From an uncultured archaeon (GTDB lineage: Archaea; Iainarchaeota; Iainarchaeia; Iainarchaeales; JAAZKV01): a stretch of 64,000 nucleotides of DNA. The notes under the pieces are model-generated. The model was not told where the DNA came from, ran no database searches, and was given only the letters and a program-made list of their open reading frames with translations. The first letter of the stretch is position 1; every line of letters starts with the position of its first letter. The position numbers and the translations under genes are program-made. The stretch is from contig CAZUCF010000001.1 of the NCBI GenBank assembly GCA_964619405.1, positions 33,633 to 97,632 on the forward strand, in the 5' to 3' direction. Below, one piece after another: positions 49,993 through 59,814 of this stretch.

Positions 49993-51471
49993 TTATCGAA
50001 AACAATGCTTTTTTGAAAACCCTGAAACAACGGGCTGAGGTAATTTAAGTTTTTTTGCAAAATTTCTTGTTAAAGAAAGCGAGTACTTGCTTCTCAAAAA
50101 AACATTTTTGTTAGTAGAATAAATAATTCTAGCACCCTCTTGCTCAGAAAACTCTTTAAATTTAAACAAAACACTTTCCTGCACAGCAACAATTGTTTGA
50201 GCTAAATCTATTGAAGAGAATTTTGAAAACGGTTTTGTTAAATGAAACGGAATATTCAAAAAAATATTTTTTGAAAAAGAAAGTAAACTCGAAGCAAAAA
50301 AATAATCAAAACTATTTTCAAATAAAAGATTTGAAGAATATTTTTTTAATTCATTTTCAATAGAAAAAATAAACTCGTTTAACTTTTTAATTTCACTTGA
50401 AAAAAAAGATTCTTTTTTTGTACAAGACCAAAGTAAAGAATGATTTTTTGACAAAACTACTTTTTTTTCATCCAGCAATTTTATTGCATCAACCAAAGGA
50501 ACTAAATATTTGTTATTTGAATTCAGTGGACCAACAGGAAAATTTTTTAAGCCAAATTCATTTTTTTTCAAACGCCTTATTTTTTTATTAGGATTATTAA
50601 TATTAAATAAATTTGAAAAAGAACCCGAAGTTGAAATATAAAAAAAATCTTTTTCTAAAGGAATTATTTCTATTAATGAACTCGGCAAAATATTTTTATC
50701 ATCTATTTTAACAGGCTTACAACAATCACAATTTATAACATCTTTACCAATATTAAAAAAATTGTTTGTCATTGTTTGTAACCAAACAAAAGAAAAATCA
50801 ATTTCTGAAAAATCTTCAAATAAACCATAAGGCGCAAAATCAATATGTGAAAAAACCTTGTTTTCTTTTTTCCAAGTAATTGGAACACCATTTGAAAAAT
50901 AAATATTTTCTAATAATGATTCTGTTTGCTCATCAATGTTTTCGGGCAACTCGCCAATAGGTAATTTTAACAAATTAGAAAGAGCGCTTTGTGAAATCAA
51001 ACTAATTAAATTCTTTTTATTAATATTTAATGCTTCAGCAAAATCTATATTTGGAATTAAAAAAAAAGAAAAATCTTTTTCAACAAAAACTTTTTGTGGA
51101 ATATTATACTCAAAACAAAATGAATCAAAATAAGACCAATCTTTTTCAATTAAGAAAACTCTTTCGGGCTCTAAAACCAAATATTTTTTACCAGAACAAA
51201 ATGCAATAACTTGACTAATTTTTTTTAAATTATTAAAAGAATTTGAAGACACAATTTTATTGGAACCATAATCACAAATGTTAAAATTCTTAAAATCAAA
51301 AAAAACAAGTAATTTTTTTATATCTTCAATATTAATTGAATTATCTAAAATAAAATATGGTTTGAAAGAAAATCTTTTGGCTATTTGAGAAGAAGAATCT
51401 TTAAAATAACAAATAATCTCGCATTTTTCTTCAACATACTCTACTTTAAACAAGTACTTGTGTGGGCGCAT
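49993..51471 (-). CDS. hypothetical protein; N-terminus resembles family-B DNA polymerase N-terminal domain, catalytic motifs absent
   Basis: The N-terminal pattern YLFKVEYVEEKCEIICYFKD...KRFSFKPYFIL resembles the PolB N-domain. A C-terminal ARIIYSTNKNVFL resembles a degenerate motif C (YxDTDS). No intact polymerase or exonuclease motifs are present. Confidence 0.4.
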   Translation of the reverse strand: MRPHKYLFKVEYVEEKCEIICYFKDSSSQIAKRFSFKPYFILDNSINIEDIKKLLVFFDFKNFNICDYGSNKIVSSNSFNNLKKISQVIAFCSGKKYLVLEPERVFLIEKDWSYFDSFCFEYNIPQKVFVEKDFSFFLIPNIDFAEALNINKKNLISLISQSALSNLLKLPIGELPENIDEQTESLLENIYFSNGVPITWKKENKVFSHIDFAPYGLFEDFSEIDFSFVWLQTMTNNFFNIGKDVINCDCCKPVKIDDKNILPSSLIEIIPLEKDFFYISTSGSFSNLFNINNPNKKIRRLKKNEFGLKNFPVGPLNSNNKYLVPLVDAIKLLDEKKVVLSKNHSLLWSCTKKESFFSSEIKKLNEFIFSIENELKKYSSNLLFENSFDYFFASSLLSFSKNIFLNIPFHLTKPFSKFSSIDLAQTIVAVQESVLFKFKEFSEQEGARIIYSTNKNVFLRSKYSLSLTRNFAKKLKLPQPVVSGFSKKHCFR

Positions 51472-51612
51472 GAAAAGATGGTTTTTTGTTTATTTAAAAA
51501 CAAATTGGGTGTTTCATGCCGACCTATCAAAGTAAAAAATAAAAAAAATAATATGATTAAAACAATCAATTATTGCAACTAATAATTACAAACAACTAAT
51601 ACAAAAAAAGAA

Positions 51613-53142
51613 TTACAAAAAATTACTTATTTCATCAACATTTTTTTTGTCATCAGCACAAAACATTTTTGCTGCTTCTTCCAAAGACATCTCATGCTTG
51701 CTTGGAGCTGACTCTCTTAATCTCACTTTAAAAAAAGTAGGAGCAGAAACTGCTTCCCCAACAATAATAGCTTCTCCAACCCTCAAAGAAGAAATCATTG
51801 AAATACTATTAGAATCCAAACCCTCACTTGATTGTTTAATATGATCTAAATCATAAGGATTAGATATCCTCAAAATTATGTTAGTATTACAATTTGCGAG
51901 AGTAGTTGTATCAAGTCTTTTTGGCCTTTGCGAAACAACAATAAGCGATGCACCAAATTTTCTACCTTCTCTTGCAATAGTTCTCAAAATTGGTTTTGCT
52001 AGAGCATGTTCAGCAGAGGTTGACTCTGGAATGAAATTATGGGCTTCTTCAACAAGAATTGCAAAAGGACAAATTTTTTTTGTTCTCCGCAAATTAAATA
52101 ATTTTTGAGAAAAATAAGAAACAATTAACTGTTTTTTTCTCTCTGAAATAATTCCATTCAAATCAATAATTGTTAATTGACCCGTTTTCGCAAAATCAAA
52201 TACTGATGGCTCATCAATTTTTCCAAAAATGTTTAAAGATAATAATTCATCAACCATAAAAGTTAATGGCACAGATGTTTTTGAATCTAATTTAGAAAAT
52301 TCGGCTTTAATATTGTTTAAATCAAAAGGCCCTACTCCTGACTTCATTTCATCTCTTAGTTTTGAAATTATTCTTGACAATTCTCTCTTTTGAACAGGAG
52401 TAATTGAAGGAACTAGTGAAGAAAGCATTTGATGAGAAATATTTGAAGTAGCAATTTTTATTTGAGAAGCATTAATCACCCTAGTACTAGAAGAAAAATC
52501 CTTATAATTAGAATTTGAAACAGGTTCACCAAAAGAAGTGTATTCACCATGAGTATCAAAAACAATAACCGCAATTTTTCCTTGCTCATCAGAACGCTTT
52601 TGAAGTTCTTCTAATATTACTGACATCAAAAAAGATTTTCCAGCACCCGACATTGCTAACACAGCCAAGTGTTTTTGCAATAATTTTGACATATTTAGTT
52701 TTAATAAAACATCATGGAATTGTATTTTGCCTAAATACAAACCATTTTCTTCTAAACCAAGAAATTGTTTTATGTGATCATTAGTTGCAACAAAAACTTT
52801 TGTTCCAGGAGAAGGAGGAAAAGTTGAGCGTTGCATAAAAGAATCATTAAAAACACCAAGTGGCTTTGCTTTCGCAATCAAAAACTCCCAATCCGCAACA
52901 GGAAAATTTTTTTCTAGTTCAGAACCCATTGTTTTAACTGAATCAGGCCGCTCAAAATAACGATTTGTTTTAATCAATTCCTCAACCATACAAATCATTG
53001 TACCCTCAGAATAATTTAGTTCAACAAACATTCCCTTGTGAACAACCCCATTATTCACTACAAAATCAATTCTATTTGGCGAGGGCCCTTCAATTGTTGA
53101 AACAATTGTTCCTAATTGAACATTATCTAAATGCACACTCAT
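51613..53142 (-). CDS. herA: HerA-family (DUF87, FtsK/HerA) hexameric DNA helicase/translocase
   Basis: An N-terminal HAS-barrel region is followed by the Walker A HLAVLAMSGAGKS, the Walker B IAVIVFDTHGE and arginine-finger regions. Confidence 0.85.
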   Translation of the reverse strand: MSVHLDNVQLGTIVSTIEGPSPNRIDFVVNNGVVHKGMFVELNYSEGTMICMVEELIKTNRYFERPDSVKTMGSELEKNFPVADWEFLIAKAKPLGVFNDSFMQRSTFPPSPGTKVFVATNDHIKQFLGLEENGLYLGKIQFHDVLLKLNMSKLLQKHLAVLAMSGAGKSFLMSVILEELQKRSDEQGKIAVIVFDTHGEYTSFGEPVSNSNYKDFSSSTRVINASQIKIATSNISHQMLSSLVPSITPVQKRELSRIISKLRDEMKSGVGPFDLNNIKAEFSKLDSKTSVPLTFMVDELLSLNIFGKIDEPSVFDFAKTGQLTIIDLNGIISERKKQLIVSYFSQKLFNLRRTKKICPFAILVEEAHNFIPESTSAEHALAKPILRTIAREGRKFGASLIVVSQRPKRLDTTTLANCNTNIILRISNPYDLDHIKQSSEGLDSNSISMISSLRVGEAIIVGEAVSAPTFFKVRLRESAPSKHEMSLEEAAKMFCADDKKNVDEISNFL

Positions 53143-53351
53143 TTTTTTCCACCATTTTTATTTAACAACATTTTTTGGCGAAAAGCAAGAATTGCTTTTT
53201 TTCTTTTCAAATATTCTCCAATGTGAGCAGTCTTCTTCAAAACCCTTGCAGAATCAGCACGAGCTTTTTTTTCTCGCGCAATTTTTCTTGCTAACTGCAA
53301 ACTCTCTTTTTCTACACCATTAACATCCCTAATATTAATTCTTTTTCTCAT
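53139..53351 (-). CDS. small basic protein, hypothetical
   Basis: 70 aa, K/R-rich. It overlaps herA and the upstream HAD gene by 4 nt each (operonic). Confidence 0.4.
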   Translation of the reverse strand: MRKRINIRDVNGVEKESLQLARKIAREKKARADSARVLKKTAHIGEYLKRKKAILAFRQKMLLNKNGGKK

Positions 53352-54028
53352 TTTAATTCCCCCAAAACTTTTTCTAACTCATTAAAAGATTTTATTTCAA
53401 AATCTGGTTTCTCATTAGCATTATCAAGAATAATATTATCACGATTTATTAAAATGGTGTGAATACCAACATTTTTTGCTCCAAGAATATCTGCTCTTAA
53501 AGAATCGCCAACCATTACTGTTTCACTAGGATTAACCTTGAATTTTTTCAAAACAAATTCAAAAGCCTCTTTTTCAGGTTTCAAGTGTTTTAATTCAAAA
53601 CTATAACCCAAAAAATCAAAATAATTTTTCAAATTTAATTGTTTCTCAATATTTTTTGCAGGCAAACTCTCAGTATTACTAAGGAGCGCTAAAAAATAAT
53701 CTTTTTTTAATTTAACCAAATTTTTTTCAACATCAGGAAAAAAATTTATTTTATCAATTCTATTAAGATAAATCTCGTAAAAATTTTTTTCAAGAATATC
53801 TTTGTCAATACCATTAAAAGCAATAAAAAAATCTTTTTTTAATTTACTAATTGAAGAATACTTTTTTACTTGAACTGATTGTTCATATTTTTCAATGAAT
53901 TCCTCTCTTGAAAAATCACTTTTATTAATCAAAGAAAATAAGTGAGAAAAATCAATTGTCGCAGGAATTAATGTTCTCCACAAATCAAAAATAATTAATT
54001 TAATCATAAACACACCAATCAAAATCAA
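53348..54028 (-). CDS. HAD-superfamily hydrolase
   Basis: HAD motif I is IIFDLWRTL and motif IV is VMVGDSLRADILGAKNVGI. The start is likely the internal ATG (MIKLIIFD). Confidence 0.75.
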   Translation of the reverse strand: MILIGVFMIKLIIFDLWRTLIPATIDFSHLFSLINKSDFSREEFIEKYEQSVQVKKYSSISKLKKDFFIAFNGIDKDILEKNFYEIYLNRIDKINFFPDVEKNLVKLKKDYFLALLSNTESLPAKNIEKQLNLKNYFDFLGYSFELKHLKPEKEAFEFVLKKFKVNPSETVMVGDSLRADILGAKNVGIHTILINRDNIILDNANEKPDFEIKSFNELEKVLGELK

Positions 54029-55117
54029 TTACTTAAATGGCCGAGAATTTCTCCTTAATTTTATTTTGGGGCCTAATTTGTCAATCATTTTATTATAGAT
54101 TATTGAAATATCATCATCTTTTAAACGCGCTCTTAAATCAGCTTCTATTAATATTGAGGGATAAGAATATTCTTTGTGGATTGATGAAAGCATGTAAACA
54201 ATTGAAGCAATTTTGTTTGCTTTGTCAACAATATTTTTTTTTGAAATAAATTCAATTCTTAGTGGAAAATCAAATTCGCTTGCCTTCATATAAAAAACAA
54301 ATATTTTTTCAGCCCACTCTTTTTTATAATCTTTTAGAATAGGGTGCAAATTTGAATCATTAGTATAAGGAAAACAAAAAGTCCTTTCTTTTTTAAACAA
54401 AAAATAATCTAATAATAATGAATCAGACATATTTTTCAAAGAATTATTGTCAACAAATTTCTGTGATTCAACACACTCTTCCAATATTTGAATAAATCTT
54501 TTTCCCCTAGAATCCTCAATTGTTGAAATCAAAATACAATCATTTTTTTCTGCAACCAAATATAATTCTTGAAACAAATCAATTATTGATAAATAATCTG
54601 AATTTAAAACAGAATCATTTCTCGGTTTATCTTGGTATTGTGGAACAATAGAGCCATCAATGAACAAATAATTTGGTTTAAACTTAATAATAATATCAAT
54701 TGAAAGTCTAACTTCTTTTCTTAATCTTTCAAGTGAAACACTTTGGGATTCCTCATCTTTTTCCAAAAAGCTTTTCAATAATAATGGCTCAGGCAACAAA
54801 ACAGGCGAAGGAAAATAATCAGCTTGCTCAAGAATTGAATCTTTGTAAGAAAAAATTACTCCACCCATTTTTATTAAAATCAAATTAGCAAAATTAATTC
54901 TTTTTGAAACAAATCCAGAATCAACACCAGCAATTTTTCCAGAAAACTTTTTTTCATCAATATTTACAACAAAATTTTCTAAAAAATTCGGAGAAACTAT
55001 TTTTTTTAAATTAATTAATTTAGAAACAACTTGTTCGTTATTCAACTGGTTTTTGTTAATAGTCGAACAAGCATCATCAAGAAAAGCGTTAAAATACATA
55101 AAGAGATTAGAATTCAT
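54029..55117 (-). CDS. nurA: NurA 5'-3' nuclease
   Basis: NurA-type catalytic motifs are GKIAGVDSGF and LFIDGSIVPQ. The length is about 360 aa and the gene is in an operon with herA. Confidence 0.75.
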   Translation of the reverse strand: MNSNLFMYFNAFLDDACSTINKNQLNNEQVVSKLINLKKIVSPNFLENFVVNIDEKKFSGKIAGVDSGFVSKRINFANLILIKMGGVIFSYKDSILEQADYFPSPVLLPEPLLLKSFLEKDEESQSVSLERLRKEVRLSIDIIIKFKPNYLFIDGSIVPQYQDKPRNDSVLNSDYLSIIDLFQELYLVAEKNDCILISTIEDSRGKRFIQILEECVESQKFVDNNSLKNMSDSLLLDYFLFKKERTFCFPYTNDSNLHPILKDYKKEWAEKIFVFYMKASEFDFPLRIEFISKKNIVDKANKIASIVYMLSSIHKEYSYPSILIEADLRARLKDDDISIIYNKMIDKLGPKIKLRRNSRPFK

Positions 55118-55143
55118 TCATTTAAAATTCTTTACTAAGAATT

Positions 55144-55596
55144 GTGCCGGGCATGCGACAAATTTTTAAACAAAACAGGCTTTCTTATTTTAGTGATAGC
55201 ATGAAAGCAAGATTTGATATTAAAAGCATAAAAGCACAATGGAAACCCCCATTTAAAAAAGAAATAACTGAAGAAGTGTTTGATGTTGAAGAAAACGAGA
55301 AATTCGATAAAATAATAGGCAATGGAAACAACGAATATGTTTTCAAACTAATAAGATTCAATAATGATTTTGCTGAAATAGAGTATTCAAAGCTTTTCAC
55401 ATTAAAAACAGGAAACCCTAACAAATATATTATAACAATTAATAGAGATCAAACAGTTGATATGGCATACTTATGGGGTGAAGACGGGGTAACAAAAAAG
55501 ATAACATACAAAGGAATAATAATGCCTAGTGAAACAAAAACAAATGACATAAAAGACGAGAATACAACAGAAAATGAAGTAACAGGCGAAGAATAA
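55144..55596 (+). CDS. hypothetical protein
   Basis: 150-aa ORF with an acidic C-terminus. Confidence 0.4.
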   Translation: MPGMRQIFKQNRLSYFSDSMKARFDIKSIKAQWKPPFKKEITEEVFDVEENEKFDKIIGNGNNEYVFKLIRFNNDFAEIEYSKLFTLKTGNPNKYIITINRDQTVDMAYLWGEDGVTKKITYKGIIMPSETKTNDIKDENTTENEVTGEE

Positions 55597-55700
55597 AAAA
55601 ATTAATTAAAAAAAGTAAAACTAATTTTCAAATTGACTTAATGAATTTAATTATTTCAAAATTGAAAACATTTAAAAACATTACATGAAATTATATTCAT

Positions 55701-56009
55701 ATGTCTTTGAGTTATCCACACAAATGCTTAAACATTCTTGGAAACGAAATAAGAATAAATATAATAAAATCTCTAAGAGAAAAACCAAAAACGGTTTTAG
55801 AATTATGCGAAGAACAAGGAAAAGAACAAAGCACAATAAGCCACGCATTACAACAACTAAGAAAATGTAATTTTGTAGGATTTGAAAAAAAAGGAAAAGA
55901 AAGATACTATTTTATTAAAAGCAAAATATTTACTAAAAATTCAAACAAAAACATTTTAGAATTAATAGAAGAACACGTTAAAGAATACTGTGGTGAGAAA
56001 AATGAGTAA
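55701..56009 (+). CDS. ArsR/SmtB-family winged-helix transcriptional regulator
   Basis: The HTH reads NEIRINIIKSLREKPKTVLELCEEQGKEQSTISHALQQLRKCNFV. Confidence 0.75.
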   Translation: MSLSYPHKCLNILGNEIRINIIKSLREKPKTVLELCEEQGKEQSTISHALQQLRKCNFVGFEKKGKERYYFIKSKIFTKNSNKNILELIEEHVKEYCGEKNE

Positions 56010-57183
56010 AAAAATAATTTACCTTGACAATAGTGCGACAACACAAACAAGAAAAGAAGTGTTAAAAGAAACACAAAAATATTTTTTAAAAGAATTTGGA
56101 AATCCAAGTTCATTTCATTCAAAAGGATTTGAAGCAAAAAAAGCAATAAATAAATCAAGAGAAACAATTGCAAGAATATTGGGTTGTGAAAAAGAAGAAA
56201 TAATATTTACTGGATCAGGAACAGAAAGCATTAATTTAGCAATAAAAGGAATTGCTTTCAGAGAATTGTTAAAAGGAAGAAAAGGACATTTTATAACACA
56301 AAAAACAGAACATGACGCTGTACTAGAAAGCATGCACTGGTTAGAAAAACTTGGTTTTGAAGTAACTTACATTAATGTTGATGAAAACGGTTTAATAAAA
56401 TTAGGTGAATTAGAAAAAAAAATTAGGAATGATACTTTATTAGTTAGCATAATGTATGCTAACAATGAAATAGGAACAATACAACCAATAAAAAAAATAT
56501 CAGAAATATGCAAAAATAAAAATATTTTATTTCACACTGATGCCTGTCAAGGAGCAGAATACTTGAACCTAAATGTAAAAGAATTAGGAATAGATTTAAT
56601 GACAATAAATGGAAGCAAATTATATGGTTTCAAAGGAACAGGTTTATTATACAAGAAAAAAAAAGTTGAAATAGAACCAATAATTCATGGTGGAAAACAC
56701 GAGTTTGGTTTAAGAGCAGGAACGGAAAATGTAACAGGAATAATTGCTATAGCAAAAGCACTAGAAATAGCAGAAAAAGAAAAAAAAAATGAAACAAAAA
56801 GACTTGAAAAACTAAGAGATTATATGATTAAACGAATACTAAAAGAAATAAATAAAACAAAATTAAATGGTTCAAAAAAAAGGTTACCAAACAATGTAAA
56901 CATTTCATTTTATGGCGTAGAAGGAGAATCAATATTATTAATGTTGAACGAGAAAAGAATAATGGTTTCAACAGGATCAGCGTGCTCATCACAATCACTA
57001 GAACCAAGCCACGTGCTAATGGCAATAGGCCTCCCACACGAATTAAGTCACGGGAGTATAAGATTTAGTTTAGGAAAAACCACTACAAAAAAAGATGTTG
57101 ATTACACAATAACAGAATTAAAAAAAATAATAAAAAAACTGAGAAAAATGAGTCCTGTTTGGGAAAAGGAGTTGAACAAATGA
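55990..57183 (+). CDS. iscS: cysteine desulfurase (IscS/NifS family)
   Basis: Begins IYLDNSATT, continues with the PLP-lysine region INGSKLYGFKGTGLLY and ends with SCSSQSLEPSHVLMAIGL. The start is likely the ATG at 56002. Confidence 0.9.
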   Translation: MVRKMSKKIIYLDNSATTQTRKEVLKETQKYFLKEFGNPSSFHSKGFEAKKAINKSRETIARILGCEKEEIIFTGSGTESINLAIKGIAFRELLKGRKGHFITQKTEHDAVLESMHWLEKLGFEVTYINVDENGLIKLGELEKKIRNDTLLVSIMYANNEIGTIQPIKKISEICKNKNILFHTDACQGAEYLNLNVKELGIDLMTINGSKLYGFKGTGLLYKKKKVEIEPIIHGGKHEFGLRAGTENVTGIIAIAKALEIAEKEKKNETKRLEKLRDYMIKRILKEINKTKLNGSKKRLPNNVNISFYGVEGESILLMLNEKRIMVSTGSACSSQSLEPSHVLMAIGLPHELSHGSIRFSLGKTTTKKDVDYTITELKKIIKKLRKMSPVWEKELNK

Positions 57184-58685
57184 AATTTGAAGGACAAGAC
57201 TGGTTTTATTCAGCAACAGTAAAAGAGCATTTCTTGAAACCAAAAAATGTTTTAAAAAATGAAGGAGAAATAAAAAATTATAATGGTTATGGTAAAGTAG
57301 GGAACATGAAATGTGGAGACATAATGGAATTATGGATAAAAATAGAAAAAGGAATAATAAAAAAATGTAAATGGAGAACATTTGGTTCTATTCACCCACA
57401 AGAAAAAGTTTTAATGAGTGATTATACATATAAAGCAGCAAAAAATATAAAACCCGGAAATGTTATCATAGATGGCAATGGGAAAAAAAACCTTGTTGAA
57501 ACAAAAAAAGAAAAAGACTATTCTGGAAAATTAATAACTATTTTTTTGTCAACATCCAAATTTTATAATTTTACAGTTACCCCTAATCATCCAATTCAAA
57601 TAATAAAAAGAAATCAAGTTTCAATGATAAATAGATTAAAAGGAACCCATTGGTCAGAAGTATCTCAAAAAAAAATTGATTTTGCAGAATCTCAAATTTA
57701 TTCAGCAAGTGAATTAAGAAAAAGCGATTTTGTTTTATTTGGAATTTCAAAATTCACAAAAGATTCAAACGAATTAACTAAAGAATTATGCACTCTCTTA
57801 GGATATTATGTGTCAGATGGTGGAATACCTTCAAAAAACAGAGTAATATTTTATTTTGGTTTAGGCGAACAAAAATACATTAAAGAAATTGAAACAATAT
57901 GTAAAAAAAACAAATGGAAAACAATAACTTATAAAAGAAATACTGAAAATGTTTATTGCATACAAATAAATGAACCAAAAATAGCAGCAATACTTAGAAA
58001 ACACGGTGGTGAATCTGGAAACAAAAAATTTTCAGAAACCGTTCTCGTGTTACCAAAACAAAAACAACTAAAAATAATTAATTCATATGTAAATGGAGAT
58101 GGTTGGACAACACAACAAAATAAAAATTGGGAACCCCAATTTTTCATATCAACTTCAAACGAAATCATAGCAAATCAACTCCAAATGATGTTGGCCAGAA
58201 ACAAAATTTTTGCACCATTACATTATAGAGAACCACGAAAATTTGTAATAAAAGGAAAAACTTACAAAAATAAAGGCGAAATAAATTTGGTTTTCAGAAA
58301 AAATACAAAATATTCAAGAATAAAATTTAGTAAAAAAGAAAATGCTTTTTTAATACCAATATCAAAAATAATTGAAACTGATTATAATGGAAAAATAGTG
58401 GATTTGAGTCTTATTGAAACCCCAAACACATACAAAATAAAAGGAATATCAATTCATAATTGCGCAAGCGCAATAGCATCAACAAGCATGCTATCATTAA
58501 TGATTACAGAAAATGGTGGAATGAAAATAAAAGATGCTTTAAAAATAACTGGAAAAGATATTACAGAAAGATTGAAGGGCTTGCCCCAAATAAAAATTCA
58601 TTGCTCGGTTTTGGGCGACGAAGCACTAAGAGAAGCAATAAAAGATTATGAAAAAAAGCAAGAAATTAAAAACTCTGAAAAATAA
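57159..58685 (+). CDS. iscU: Fe-S cluster scaffold IscU/NifU, interrupted by an intein
   Basis: The extein is FYSATVKEHFLKPKNV...GNMKCGDIMELWIKI...KWRTFG | CASAIASTSMLSLMITENGGMKIKDALKIT...LPQIKIHCSVLGDEALREAI. It is 150 aa when joined. A likely start at 57180 overlaps the iscS stop (ATGA). Confidence 0.85.
   Translation: MGKGVEQMKFEGQDWFYSATVKEHFLKPKNVLKNEGEIKNYNGYGKVGNMKCGDIMELWIKIEKGIIKKCKWRTFGSIHPQEKVLMSDYTYKAAKNIKPGNVIIDGNGKKNLVETKKEKDYSGKLITIFLSTSKFYNFTVTPNHPIQIIKRNQVSMINRLKGTHWSEVSQKKIDFAESQIYSASELRKSDFVLFGISKFTKDSNELTKELCTLLGYYVSDGGIPSKNRVIFYFGLGEQKYIKEIETICKKNKWKTITYKRNTENVYCIQINEPKIAAILRKHGGESGNKKFSETVLVLPKQKQLKIINSYVNGDGWTTQQNKNWEPQFFISTSNEIIANQLQMMLARNKIFAPLHYREPRKFVIKGKTYKNKGEINLVFRKNTKYSRIKFSKKENAFLIPISKIIETDYNGKIVDLSLIETPNTYKIKGISIHNCASAIASTSMLSLMITENGGMKIKDALKITGKDITERLKGLPQIKIHCSVLGDEALREAIKDYEKKQEIKNSEK
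57387..58460 (+). mobile_element. intein (Ser1...His-Asn, +1 Cys) with LAGLIDADG homing endonuclease domain inside iscU
   Basis: The intein begins SIHPQEKVLMSDYTY right after TFG and ends KIKGISIHN before CASAIAS. The LAGLIDADG blocks are LLGYYVSDGGIP and INSYVNGDGWTT. It is 358 aa. Confidence 0.8.
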
Positions 58686-58693
58686 GTATTATT

Positions 58694-59407
58694 ATGCCTT
58701 TACCAAACAAAAAAGCAAAATCAATAAGAATAAGTGAGAAAAAACCTTTTGTAATAAGTGCTTCGCCAAAAGGACTAGTTATTGGAAAATATATGTCAGC
58801 TTATTTAAACCCAAAACCAACTAACACTAAAAAAATGTTTCTTGAAGTTGAAGCAAAGCTAAACATACTTGGAAAACAAATGAGAAATATAAAAAGAAAT
58901 CAAACAGAAGAAAACCCTTATGGGAGAAGAGTAATGATACAATTTTTCAAAGAAGCAGCAAATTATACTGAGTTAAAATGGAAAATGCTACAAGAAAAAA
59001 TTAATAAAGAAGGAGCAAACAAAGAAAAAATAATGGAAGAAATTAAACAAGCAGAATCAGATTTTAATTATTTTTGGAGTAAACACAGATTATTAATGCC
59101 CAAAAAAGAACAAAAAAAACCACAAGAAATTAAAGTAAAAAAAGCCGAGCAAAAACTTGACGAAAGTAGAGAAAAATTAAAAAGAATTCAAAAAGAATAT
59201 GGTGCACAAAGTTGGCAAGCACAAAAAGCCCTCTTAGAACACTTAGAAAATTTTAAAACATTTTTATACAAAGAAGCAGATTATTTAAATTTGCTAATAG
59301 CAGAAAATCCAAAATTATCTAGAGACATAAAAACAAGTTTAAATACAATAGAAACTAATTTTAAGAAAATAGCAAAAAGAATAGCATTTTTACGAGAAAG
59401 ATTATAA
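58694..59407 (+). CDS. hypothetical coiled-coil protein
   Basis: 237 aa, K/E-rich, with heptad-like periodicity. Confidence 0.45.
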   Translation: MPLPNKKAKSIRISEKKPFVISASPKGLVIGKYMSAYLNPKPTNTKKMFLEVEAKLNILGKQMRNIKRNQTEENPYGRRVMIQFFKEAANYTELKWKMLQEKINKEGANKEKIMEEIKQAESDFNYFWSKHRLLMPKKEQKKPQEIKVKKAEQKLDESREKLKRIQKEYGAQSWQAQKALLEHLENFKTFLYKEADYLNLLIAENPKLSRDIKTSLNTIETNFKKIAKRIAFLRERL

Positions 59408-59445
59408 CGAATTGGTTTAAAAGGAAAAAGGACCAAACATAAATT

Positions 59446-59787
59446 ATGGAACTCGCACAATATATAATAATAAATAATTCTTTAGGAATGGGCAAAGGCA
59501 AAATGATTGCACAAGGATGCCATGCAGCCATAGCAGTATTAGAAAAAGTAAAACCAGAAACAATCCAAGAATGGAAAAACCAAGGAATGAAAAAAATTGT
59601 TTTAAAAGTAAATTCAACAGAAGAACTATTAAACTTATTTCAAAAAACAAAAAAAGAATTGCCTTGCGCATTAATAACTGACGCAGGAAAAACCCAAATA
59701 GAAAGTGGAAGCAAAACTGCTTTTGCTTGCGGGCCAACAGAGGAATCAAAAAGTAGCAAATATTTCTCTCATTTAAAATTATTATAA
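59446..59787 (+). CDS. pth2: peptidyl-tRNA hydrolase, archaeal Pth2
   Basis: Contains GMGKGKMIAQGCHAA...KIVLKVNSTEEL...ITDAGKTQIESGSKTAFACGP. Confidence 0.85.
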   Translation: MELAQYIIINNSLGMGKGKMIAQGCHAAIAVLEKVKPETIQEWKNQGMKKIVLKVNSTEELLNLFQKTKKELPCALITDAGKTQIESGSKTAFACGPTEESKSSKYFSHLKLL

Positions 59788-59814
59788 TACAAAAAAATAT
59801 TAAATGGTGAAAAA

